A stretch of DNA of 64,000 nucleotides from the NCBI RefSeq assembly GCF_000143415.4, contig NW_003314363.1, forward strand, positions 310,001-374,000. The letters run 5' to 3'. Source of the stretch: Selaginella moellendorffii (lineage: Eukaryota; Plantae; Lycopodiophyta). Position 1 is the stretch's first letter, and every line of letters starts with the position of its first letter. A program made the translations under genes and the position numbers. The notes beneath the pieces were generated by a model. The model was given only the letters and a program-made list of their open reading frames with translations, did not search any database and was not told the origin of the DNA. Positions 11,120 to 21,529 of this stretch are shown here, piece after piece.

Positions 11120-12252
11120 GACATCAACGTCGGTGTAGCTTGTAAGGACGTCTGGAATTTTTAATCTTTTTTTCCTTCTCATCGCTGGTTACCATCGGCG
11201 TTGAAAATTCGTCGTACGGAGGCAAGAGATCTTTCTTTTGCCCTACTAACATTGCTTGATGGAACGAAAACACGAGTTTTTCCATGCAGATCAAGCGGGC
11301 CTGTTCATAGTAAGCCAAATGTATCAATCGCGGATCGACAGAGGCATTTACAAGCCCTGTGGCGCTGGTGGTTGGTTGCAAGGGACAAAAGGATGCACGG
11401 AACAAGGCCACGGAGAGGTACGGTTTGGTGGATAGGGTGTCTCAATTGGAGTGAATGCTGCAAAAAAAGAAAAAAGAAAAAAAACCGCAACAGTATCCCC
11501 GTGTGGAATGCTTGTTGCCTTGCGCCCCTCTCCTTGTTGCTCTCTTCTCTTTTTTTTCTCTCTCTTTTCTCACACTTTTTCTTTTCGTTTTTCCAGTTCT
11601 GCGAGGATTCCAGCAGTAGGAGCCAGTTCTCTGGTTTTGATGGAGCTGGACGTTAGCGGCCTGCGAGCAACCAGGTAAGTTAAGTCGCCAGTTCCATTCA
11701 TTGTTGGAACGACTTCTTCCAGCGCTGCAGTGCAGTGCTTCTCTCACAGTGGCGTCGGTTATCTTTGCAGGAGGGGGAGCTCTCCATCGCCTCGGTGTAG
11801 CGCGATGCGACGAGAGCTTTGGTTCATCTCTTCCCGATCCAAAAGGTCGTAGCAGCATTTGTTGGAGATTCGGTGGGGCTTCCCTGTCTTTTGTCCGCTC
11901 GCTTGTTATTGGGACTAGCGAACCAAGCTTCCCGAGAAGACGAAGACGAAGGTGAGAAAGAAGAGCTCGCCGAGAATTTGTCTACGCATGTATGATCGTT
12001 ATCCTCATTTGCTTTTCTCTTTTGCTGAGAGGCCATCTTTTCTCTCTTCCTTGTTGTCTCGCAACCGCTAGCTAGGCGAGAAAAGAGACGAAGTTTTGAC
12101 CGACGGGTAGGATGGGGTTCCGCGAAAATCGCGACACGTGGACGGTCACGATGCTCGGCTCTCCGCGTTGCTTATATTCCCTTCTCTCCTCTTTAAAGGC
12201 GGGTTATATATTTTATTTTTCACTCGCGGGGTTTGAGCGTTTTCGCGGGGCA

Positions 12253-12732
12253 ATGAGCAAGAAAATGTGTGGCATTGCATCGCTCTTCCAGCAGAGAAAT
12301 TCCTCCTCGTCGTCGCCCCGGAGCCGGAGCTCCTATTCCTGCGGCTCCAATTCGGCTCTGGGATCCGACTGGCTGCAGCGCGTCTCCAGCTCCTCGTGGG
12401 ACGATCTCAGCAGCCGCTCCTCCTCTGCCATCTCCTCGCCCAATTGCGGGGAGGCGGCGCCGCCGGATGTGCCCGAGGGATCGCTGGCGCTCTACGTGGG
12501 GCGGAGCGAGCAGCAGCGCCGGCGATTCGTGGTGGGCACTGCCCATCTCAACAATCCCCTGTTTCGCCCGCTGCTCGACAAGGCCGCCGAGGAGTATGGC
12601 TACCACTACGAATCCGGGGCGCTCACCATTCCCTGCGACGCGCACCTCTTCCAGCACGTAGTCTGGCTGCTCGACCACAGCGATGATCCGGCCGCCCAAA
12701 TCGGCCAGCTCCTCAGCTGCGGCTCGTCGTGA
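12253..12732 (+). CDS. SAUR auxin-responsive protein (SAUR-1 of 7)
   Basis: Intronless; DVPEGSLALYVG...RRFVV...LNNPLFRPLLDKAAEEYGY...GALTIPC. TATA-like motif near 12205. Confidence 0.93.
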   Translation: MSKKMCGIASLFQQRNSSSSSPRSRSSYSCGSNSALGSDWLQRVSSSSWDDLSSRSSSAISSPNCGEAAPPDVPEGSLALYVGRSEQQRRRFVVGTAHLNNPLFRPLLDKAAEEYGYHYESGALTIPCDAHLFQHVVWLLDHSDDPAAQIGQLLSCGSS

Positions 12733-13099
12733 ATTTGGGCCTCGATCGCCCAGGTGATCGATCCTCTTGCCCCTCTTATCTGCGAGGATTTCTCTTCCAG
12801 AGCGCGACGACGTACGACCCAATGAATCTTCCCGCAGGGAAACAAAAAGCCTCTCGGGGTGAATTTTCGTTCGCGATCTCATACTCTCGCGCGCTGCTCG
12901 AGAAGAGATTTGTAACATCATCTCCTAGATAAATCAATCGATCGATCATGGCATAGAAACCACATTCGAGCAGCAGTGATGTACAGCGCTCCTCCTCTTG
13001 ATGCTGAAAGAGAGAAGAACAAATAGACTTATCGGGCGAGTATCGTCATGGAGATAGCAACACGCCAAAGTTTGTGTATAGGATCAATCGATCAATTCC

Positions 13100-15550
13100 A
13101 TGTATCCAATCAATCACACGTTCACTCACTGGATGGAGCAGTACGATCGATCCCGCCGATGATCGCTGTTCGTCTTACTCATCCCGTGAGCGCGAATGCT
13201 CTGGAGTGGAGGAATGGACTGGAGCCGACTGTGGAGCTGTGACACGCAAACGCAACGTGCTTGGGCGACCTCATCACACAGCCACATTGATCTTCCATTT
13301 GTCGGCCAGGAATCCGACCACTCTCCCAGCTCGTTCGAGCTCACCTGGAGAAACAGAGGAGGGAAAGAAAAGAGGAGGAATTTTTTAGAGGAAAAGGTGA
13401 TCCTCATTTAAAGATCTGGCTGGAGATTCTAGCTAATGCAATCACGCAGGAACCATGCTTCTGCTTTGGCACCAAGAATAAATAAAAGAGAGCGAGGTCC
13501 AAAAGCAAAACCGGAGAGAGGTCTTACAGCTTGGAAGCGTCGGCCTCTCGTTCCTGAAGTTCAAACGATGGACTTGTGCATTGATTGCACCGCAATAGAA
13601 CTCGCGGGAACTTCTGCATGGAAAGAGCGAGGAACTTATCAAAACCATCTTTTGCGATGAATAGTCGATCCAGTGCAATCGATCCATCCGAAAACAAAAG
13701 GAGTAGAGAGAGAGCGACGCCAACCTGCGTCCAGGATGAGAACTTTGACATGCAATGTCGGCTTCCAAAACGATCCAGTTCCCAAGTGGTCCATGCACTC
13801 CTCGCATCCCATTGCCAGGCTTTCAAACGCTTGTCTTGTATCCAGCAACAGTATGGCTCTATGTTTTTTTTTTTCTTTGTCTCTATGGCTTAGATCTCGA
13901 TTTCCTACACTTCGACAACACTTTTAATTGCTTGCTTGTGTACAGAGGATTTTATCTCTCAGATTCTTTGAATATATGGTGTTGGTGAAAAAAACCTGCT
14001 CGACTGCATTGCGCTTATCACCGTCTTATATGTTGACGCTCCATGAGCGAAGTTGCGAACACGCAAGCTGCAAACAATTCCTCCAGCACGACGCCTCCAT
14101 TGCCTCCCCCGCCTCGTCCACCACCGCTAGCTGTTTTGTGAAAACCCGCTCAATTTAACACTCGTCTTGAGCCGCCGCACTTACGTCTTGATGTTACCAT
14201 CCTACCGCACGACTTTGGTGATGAAAAAAGGCCAGGCTACAAAGGCGCATGCGACCGCTTGCATGCAACCGCTCGCTTATAATTAGGACTCTTGCAATGG
14301 AACCAAAAATTCAGAGTGTCTTTTCGACAAGTCCCAGAGTTCGGGGTGGAAAGGATGCCGTGATCAAGCAAAAGAAAAAAGAAGCCCCCAAAGCAAGTAA
14401 AGAAAACGTCACGCAACATAACCATCCTTAAAAGAAGATCCAAGAGACAAGAGAAAATTAGAAATTGCTTTAGGTGGAATTCTAAATATCATTTTTCTTG
14501 TGCATGACTGTCATCTTCAAGAGGTAATTCTAGACTCCGTCGTCGAGGGTTCACTTCCTCGGGTTTGAGGTCTGTGAACCTGTTGAGGACCTGCCTGGAC
14601 GTGACGCCGGGTGTGCTGTTGTGCTCCTCAATCTCCTTGTACGCCTGCTTGAACAACCCAAAGCGATACGCCTCCTCCTCTGCACTGGAGTAACTCTTGT
14701 GCCACTTCTCTTTCCACTCTTCAAACAAGCGCAACAACGCCGGATCCTCCTCCTCCTCCTCTATTGGTCTTCCCATACCCCTAGTAATGACCCGCTGCCT
14801 TTATTCTCATCTAGAAACATCATCCAGACCGTCGATATCAATGACATTCCTTTGACGATAAATGACCAGGATCATAGCAAACAAAGAAGAGAGAACCGTC
14901 GTATCCCATTGCCACGCTGCTGCTCACCGCAACCTCTTTTGAGTTGCTTCACAGGTTCGCTGGGAAGAAACAAGAAAAGCTGAGCGTTGGAAGCATAATC
15001 CTTTGATGAAACAAACAGACCTCGTAAGTTGTTGCCTTGGCGGGATCAAAGATCTTGTTTTGCTAGGTTCGATCGAAAAGACACCGCTGCAGTGCCTACC
15101 AAGCCTGGGAAGAAGAGACCATGACAAAGTTAGAAACCATGAAACAAAGAATGCGATTGACACTAAGGAGAAAATGATGAGAACTGATAGCAACCAGATC
15201 CCCGCTCTTCATGCATTCGAGGAACTTTTTTCGTCCTCATGCTTTTCACCGCAGCGGGAGCTAAGATTTTTCTTGCCTAGGCCAGCATCGATCTACGAAA
15301 GCGTCTATGTTGCTGGATCCCCGCCACCATCTGCACGCTCAATCCCTTGAAACTTTTTTTTGCCATCTAGAATAAGAACGCTCACCGGCGCTTCTGACAC
15401 TTAATTTATTGATCATATAACAAAAGGAGAGTGATCTCGATTTTCTTTAACAAAACTCTTCATTTCGCCCATTTGATCGTTCCAAAGTATCAAAATCGTC
15501 TAGTGTACTTGGAAAAAACTACATTTTCCTCCTCTTTCTACTTCATCCAG
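13100..15550 (-). pseudogene. Decayed tandem copy of the IGHMBP2-like helicase gene plus the 3' end of CWC22
   Basis: Collinear similarity blocks: 13170-13370 to 15910-16110; 13700-13860 to 16460-16620; 14085-14130 to 17034-17080; 14921-15000 to 17740-17820; 15280-15395 to 18450-18666; 15480-15548 to 19450-19520. Many indels and stops; the Walker A region is missing. Confidence 0.85.
14489..14776 (-). CDS. Stand-alone cysteine-protease propeptide inhibitor (I29) domain protein, 95 aa
   Basis: LFEEWKEKWHKSY...EEAYRFGLFKQAYKEIEEHN (ERFNIN-like)...LNRFTDLKPEE (GNFD-like). A stop follows and there is no peptidase C1 domain. Confidence 0.75.
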   Translation of the reverse strand: MGRPIEEEEEDPALLRLFEEWKEKWHKSYSSAEEEAYRFGLFKQAYKEIEEHNSTPGVTSRQVLNRFTDLKPEEVNPRRRSLELPLEDDSHAQEK

Positions 15551-15707
15551 CACATTCCAGCTTAGACGACGTCCAATATTGAATGACCAACAGTGAAGTA
15601 AGCAAAGGTTCGTCTTGTTCTCAAGCACTGAAGCATAGTTTTCCTACAGTGGAAACTGTAACTGTGAAAGAGATGAGGAATCTACTTGCTTTAACTCTTT
15701 CTCTGCC

Positions 15708-15822
15708 GAGGGGTTCACTTCCTCAGGTTTGAGGTCTGTGAACCTGTTGAGGAAGCCTGGACGTGACGCCGGGTGTGCTGTTGTGCTCCTGTACGCCTGC
15801 ATCAACAAGCTAAAGCGATACG
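15708..15822 (-). pseudogene. Second, deleted fragment of the I29 ORF
   Basis: Near-identical to 14546-14670 (ggttcacttcctc-ggtttgaggtctgtgaacctgttgagga...ctggacgtgacgccgggtgtgctgttgtgctcct) with small deletions. Confidence 0.85.
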
Positions 15823-15857
15823 ATTCTCTTATATTGAATCAATCACTCGATCAATCA

Positions 15858-18800
15858 CTAGGTGGAGGAGGAGTACGATCGCTGTTCCTCCTGCTCGCGT
15901 ACCACGACGATCCCGTAAGCGCGAATGTGCTGGAGGAGACGGCGGAGGAATGAATTGGAGCCAACCGTGGAGCTGTCACACACAATCGCGACGTGCTTGC
16001 GCGACCTCGTCACCGCCACATTGATCCTCCGCTTGTCGGCCAGGAATCCGACCACTCCCAGCTCGTTCGATCTCACCTGGACAAACAGAGGAGTTGATCC
16101 TGAGATATAGACTATCTGGCTGGAATGCAATCACGCAAGATCAAAAAGAAAGATTTTTACAAGATCCAAAAGCAAAAAAGAGGGAGATTTTACCATGGAA
16201 ATCACGACAGCATCGGCCTCTCGTCCCTGAAAGCTGTCGATGCTCTCGGTCTGTACGATATTTCCCAGGCTTTCCTCGTCGAGCCTGGCTCTCAAGAGAT
16301 GGACTTGTGCCAGGTACGGCGATTGTACGGCAATAGAACTTGCGGGAACTCCTGCATGTCAAAAGCGAAGAACTCAGCAATGAAAAAACCATCTTTTGCC
16401 GATCCATTAAGCAGCTAGAACGATACGATTGATCAATAAAATCGTAGTAAAAAGAGGAGAACGAAGGCAACCTGAGTGGATGAGAGCTTTGACATGCTCC
16501 ACAACAATGTCGGCTTCCCCATCGTTGTAAAACGATCCCGTTCCCAAGTAGTCCATGCACTCCTCGCATCCCATCGCCAGGCTTCCAAACGCTTTTCTTG
16601 TATCCAGCAACAGCATGGCTGCTCGTGTCCTCCACGTCTCCTATGAAAGCACGCAATCAAAGTGTAAGAAATCGAAAAACAAAATCTCTCTTTTTCCTGC
16701 CATGGAAGAAGAAGAAGAAAGTCGAAGAAGAAAGAAAGTCCAAGTACCTTGACTTGTGGTGAATCCGATAGAACTTGCTTGGCCACCAATGGAGCGGTCT
16801 TCACCAATCCTCCATACATCTCGCTCGACGCCCAGCTCGCGATGGCTTCGTTCATCCGGTACTGGACCTGGAGCATCGTGGTCATCACCGCGGAGTGGCC
16901 CAGCGACGTTGACGCTCGCTCCATCAGCGAAGTTGCGAGGCCTCCATCCACGGCTTCAGCTGAAAATACCGTTGGTGCCAGCTGACAGGCATCCCCGGCC
17001 AAAACCACGCGCGAGCTGCGAAGAATTCCAATCCAGCACGACGGTTCCATCGCCTGCCCGGCCTCGTCCACCACCGCCAGGTCGAATAACCCGGTTTTGC
17101 GAAGCGAAGGATCGCCAGCTCCAATGCTCGTGCACAGGACAACTTGGGCTGCCGCCAGGACCGCGGCTGGGATCTCCTCTTCCTTTTTTCTCATGGATTT
17201 GTCTAGCCTCCGCAAGTTCTTGTCTACCTCCGCCTTGATCTTGCCATCCTGGGACCGCATCGAAGTTCTCCTCAAGGCGGCTTTGTCGCTGGCAATGCTC
17301 CGCTTGAAGTCGACGAGCTCGGAGCTGACGATGTGAGTGAGCGATTTGGAGACGACCGAGGGCGACATTCTCACAGGATTCCCGACGCGAACAACCCGCA
17401 AGCTCGTGTCGCTGAGCCGGTCGACGAGATTATCCACCGCTGCGTTCGTAGGGGCTGTCGCAAGAACTTTGTCACCGCGAGCCACGGCCTGGATGATGAT
17501 CTCCGTCACTACGTTCGTTTTTCCTGTCCCCGGAGGCCCCTGGATCACGGCCACTGGCCTCGACTTGTCCAGCCCGAGCTGGATCGCTCGCCTCTGGGAC
17601 TCGTCAAAGGATGCTCCAGACAAAGTTGACGCAAGCAGCGAGTGAGTATCTTCAAGTTGGTCTTTGCCGCGAGCAAGTTTTTCGATCTCTTCTCCTTGTC
17701 CAAAGAGAACCGCGACGATGGCAGCTGCTGGATTGTCCTTGCTCACCGCAACTTTCTTGAGTTGCTTGAGTGCTTCACAGTTTCGCTGGGAAGAAACAAG
17801 CAAAGTTGAGCGTCCGAAATCCTTGACTGAAAGAAACACACCTCGTAAGTTGTTGCGTTGGCGAGATCAAAGATCTTGTCGATCCGTATTGAGCGACCCG
17901 ATAGCTTCATCAGCGCCCGGCCTCCACCGGGAAGAGCTACTTCGATAAACTGGCCATCTTCACAAAGCTTGTAAACGGAGCCTCGCAGACACTCAGTCGC
18001 AGGGATTCCTTGCCTGTTCGAAACTCTCACACAGACCATATCCCCGGGAGAGAGGCTTGTCGGAGGAAGCCGGTTTTGCGAGTTTTTGGATCGAAAGGAC
18101 ACCACTTCAGTGCCTCCCAAGCCTGAGAAGAAGAGACAGTCACAAAGTTAGAAGAAACCATGAAAGGAAGGAATGCGATCGACATATGCTCTCAAGCATC
18201 GATCATGCTCAACCTCACAGGGAGAAAATGATGAGACCTTTGAAGGAACTGACAGCAACCAGGTCGCACAATGCACCACACTCTTCATGCAAGATGGAAG
18301 AACTCGAAGAGCTCGAGGAACTCTTTTCCTCCTCCTCGTGATCCTCTTCGTCACCGCAGCCGGAGCTCAGCTTTTTCTTGCTGCTTCCATCGAGTGCTTG
18401 CTGTGTGGCAGCCAACTCGGCCTGTCTCTCTACGCTCAAGAGCTCGAGGTATCGATCTACGAAAGCGTCTACCTTGCTCTGGATCCCCGCCACCACCTCC
18501 TCGCTCAACCCGTTAAAACTCTTCTTCGCCACCTTGATCCTCGCGGAGCTTCGATGCTGGCCTAGATTTCAATCCAAATCACGTTAGCTCCACCGAGAAT
18601 GATCGGTCGGTATGATCGATCCCTGATCAAAGAGAATGACAAGGAAGAAGAAGAACGCTCACCGGATTTTGATCTCTTCTTGAACAACTTCCACGAATCC
18701 GTCTCCTGCCACTCCTCGACACTCCCTTGCTCCTGGAGATCCACCAGAGAGTTCTTGAGCTCTCGCTGGAAGTGATCATAGAGAGTGGGATAGTGATTCC

Positions 18801-19155
18801 TGGCTCGCTGGCACTCATCTTCCAGGCCCTCTGGAAGCTCCACCCTGTCGAGAAATGGCTGGACGAGCCTCACGAGCTCCTCCCCGACTCCCACTCTCTC
18901 CTCCACTCCAGCCAAATCACGCGCCCTCTCCGCCTCGGCGATCTCGGCCGCCATAGCCTGGATTCCTCGCCCCACCCAGCTCACCACCTTCTTCCCCAGC
19001 TCCCTGTGGCCCAATGGATTGCAGTCCTCGCGGCTCAAGGCCGCCACGATCGCGTTGCCGCTGTGAGCAAGATCCGAGCTAGGATTCATTCTCACCTTGA
19101 TCCTCCTGCCCAGGAAGCCATGCATCAAGAGCTCGGGATTGCAAACCGCGGCCAT
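15858..19155 (-). CDS. UPF1-like SF1 helicase of IGHMBP2/SMUBP-2 type with plant N-terminal extension (probably plastid-targeted), multi-exon
   Basis: QGPPGTGKT, APTNAAVDN, VVDEAGQ, LAGDACQLAP, QYRM, PY..Q, IDSFQGREADAV and RRINVAVTRSRK. The N-terminal HYPTLYDHFQREL block is recalled from the plant plastid orthologue group. Confidence 0.92.
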
Positions 19156-19486
19156 AGTGGTCAATCTCGAGCTCTTGGGGACGTGGGCTACAGCATCGCG
19201 AGCTCTCGTCGCCCACGAGCTCCAAACACGACCGCGCCACAAGAATTCGAGAGAACTTCCATGGCCCAGATCAAAGCGAAGTAATATCCAAGCGATTGGT
19301 TTTTGAGAAAAAAGAAGATTTTTACTCCATCCTTCTAGCATTCTTGCGAGATTGCGCGATAGTCACAAGGTTGTGAGGTTTCTCATGGAAAATCGAGATC
19401 GCTCTCCTTTGCCAACCAAGTGTTACATGGTTGATGATCGCTCTAGAGTTTCAAGTATCAAAATCGTCGAGTCTACCTGGAAAACT

Positions 19487-21289
19487 CTACGTTTTCCTCC
19501 TCTTTCTACTTACCTCATCCTCATCAGACTCGGATTCGCTAGAAGAAGAAGACGATGATTCCGACGAGCAATGGCTCTCCAAGCTCTTGAGGAACTCCCG
19601 CAAGCCATCCGTGAGACCACCTAGGCCGATGGAGGTTAAAAAGTTGATGGCGAAGCGTGTGCTCTTCGGGTTATCTCGCGGGAAGATGCCGGCCACACTT
19701 CCTCGCATCTGCTCGTCGTCTAGGCGCGCCTTCAGCTTGAGCAATCCCAGGTGATCCGCGAGCTCCTGGAAGAGGATCTTGATGAAGATGCGAGACGACG
19801 ACGTCGTCGCCTCCTCGCTCAAGCTGATGTACCCGAGACTCGTCCACGGGAGAGCGTCCGTTGCTAGCAAATGCGCGAAGAACCTCGCCACGTTCCTGAG
19901 CTTGTTGGTCTCGAGCCTGTGGATTGCTGCGTACTGGCCGAGGAAGCACTCGCCAAATTGCTGCTGGAACGTCTGGTTGATCATGCAAAGCCTCTGTCCC
20001 AAAAGCCCGTAGTATCTCTGGTACGTCCGCTCTTGGCAGCAGCATTCCAGAAGCATGATACATACCTCTTTCTCCTGGCCTGGTTCCATCTCCATCTTTA
20101 ACAGCTTGTGCCCAGCCTCTTCAAACCCGACGCTGGACATGATCGTCAGATAGATGGTCCGCCTGAGATTCACCAGATCTGTTTCAGTGACGTCTTGAAT
20201 GCCCTGCGAAGGATCTTCTTCCTCTTCTTCGTCTTCGCCATCGTCGGGATCATTCGGCTCCGAGCCATTCTTTTCCTGCTTTCCAAGAATGCTACTTTTG
20301 ATGGCCTCGTATTTCTTTTCGTTCTCCAAGTAATCCGGATCCTCAGAAAATATGTCAAGGCCGCTCTCTGGATCCAGGTCCTTGTCCAGGAGCGAGATCT
20401 GGTGCGTCTCCTGGTCACCTTCCACGACAAGATCCACCTCTCGCATGATCGCTGGATGCCCCTGGAAGTTGGACTTGCGCAGAGCAAAGACGTCCTCGAT
20501 CATAAACTGGACACGCTTGTCGATCTCTCCCTCGTGAAGCACAGCTCGGAGCCGATCGAAGACCATCTGGAAGCACTTGGGCGATATCCCCAGCAGATAC
20601 GCTCCACATTCCTTAAGGAATCCCACAGCCACCTCCACACTATCATCCGTTGGAGTCTCCAGCAGCAGCATGAGCAGCTCCAACGCAATCACCTCGTGCG
20701 CGACGCGTTGATTCACCAGGTGCGCCAGGAGCTTCGTCAAAGAGAGCAAAACAGGCTTGTCATTCCTCTTGAAGACCCTGCGGAACTGGAGGATGATTCT
20801 CGTCAGCAGTAGCCCTCCGAGAGCTGGAAACCTGGAGTTGATCACCGCGACTAGCCCGGCAAAGACGTGCGTCAAGGCCGGAGATGCCATCTGCGACTTC
20901 ATGCACGACCTCGCGAACAATCCCCTGCCCCGGACCAAGTTCTCAGCGATCAGCTCCCTGGCGATGTCTTCCACGTTGGAAGCGCTCACCTTGTTCATGA
21001 GACCATTGATGCTCTTGCGCAGAGCCTCCCAGGCCATCCTCTGGTACGCAACGCTCGCCTTGTCTTTCACGTCGCCCATCATCTGGGCGAGCTTGGAGGG
21101 AGGAATGTAAGTCCCTCCACACCGTCCCAAATCCTTGTCTTCTGTATAGTCGCCTTGCCTAGCCTCATTCTCTCGGGCTCTGGAAGCTCTACCTGTGCGG
21201 CCCTCATCTGCGGCGATGGCGCCGTAGCTTAAATGGCTGCCATACCTGTATGCTGGAGACGATGGCGGCATCGCCACCGCCGCGGCCAT
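19487..21289 (-). CDS. CWC22: Pre-mRNA splicing factor CWC22 (MIF4G + MA3), single exon
   Basis: GGTYIPPSKL, YQRMAWEALRKSINGL, ENLVRGRGL, LVNLRRTIYLTIMSS, IHRLETNKLRN, TTSSSRIFIKILFQEL and TRFAINF.TSIGLGGLT. Confidence 0.96.
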   Translation of the reverse strand: MAAAVAMPPSSPAYRYGSHLSYGAIAADEGRTGRASRARENEARQGDYTEDKDLGRCGGTYIPPSKLAQMMGDVKDKASVAYQRMAWEALRKSINGLMNKVSASNVEDIARELIAENLVRGRGLFARSCMKSQMASPALTHVFAGLVAVINSRFPALGGLLLTRIILQFRRVFKRNDKPVLLSLTKLLAHLVNQRVAHEVIALELLMLLLETPTDDSVEVAVGFLKECGAYLLGISPKCFQMVFDRLRAVLHEGEIDKRVQFMIEDVFALRKSNFQGHPAIMREVDLVVEGDQETHQISLLDKDLDPESGLDIFSEDPDYLENEKKYEAIKSSILGKQEKNGSEPNDPDDGEDEEEEEDPSQGIQDVTETDLVNLRRTIYLTIMSSVGFEEAGHKLLKMEMEPGQEKEVCIMLLECCCQERTYQRYYGLLGQRLCMINQTFQQQFGECFLGQYAAIHRLETNKLRNVARFFAHLLATDALPWTSLGYISLSEEATTSSSRIFIKILFQELADHLGLLKLKARLDDEQMRGSVAGIFPRDNPKSTRFAINFLTSIGLGGLTDGLREFLKSLESHCSSESSSSSSSESESDEDEVSRKRRKT

Positions 21290-21310
21290 AGCCCTTAATC
21301 CTTCTCGTGT

Positions 21311-21342
21311 AAACCCTAAAACCCCCTAAACCCTAAAACCCT
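21311..21342. promoter_or_regulatory. Telo-box (AAACCCTA) cluster in the ~240 bp divergent CWC22/TypA promoter
   Basis: aaaccctaaaaccccctaaaccctaaaaccct. Telo-boxes are established elements of plant translation and RNA-processing gene promoters. Confidence 0.6.
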
Positions 21343-21529
21343 TTCTACAAAGGAGAATATTTTAGGGCTGACGGTAATGGCGATAGCAAGCGTGTGGTAT
21401 GAAGCAGAGAATCGTCGCCCAAGGGTTTAAGCGACTGGTGGACAAAAACCCTCCTTCCTTTCTACCGCGGAAAAGAGAGGGCATTTTTCTCCTCCTTGTT
21501 CCTCCCATTCTTTGCTCCGGTGCTCCACG

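Noticed and set aside
11124-12036. Several minus-strand ORFs and an intron-like pyrimidine tract between the HAD gene and SAUR-1
   Set aside because: No consistent spliced frame or recognisable domain; may be non-coding or an orphan, but unsupported.
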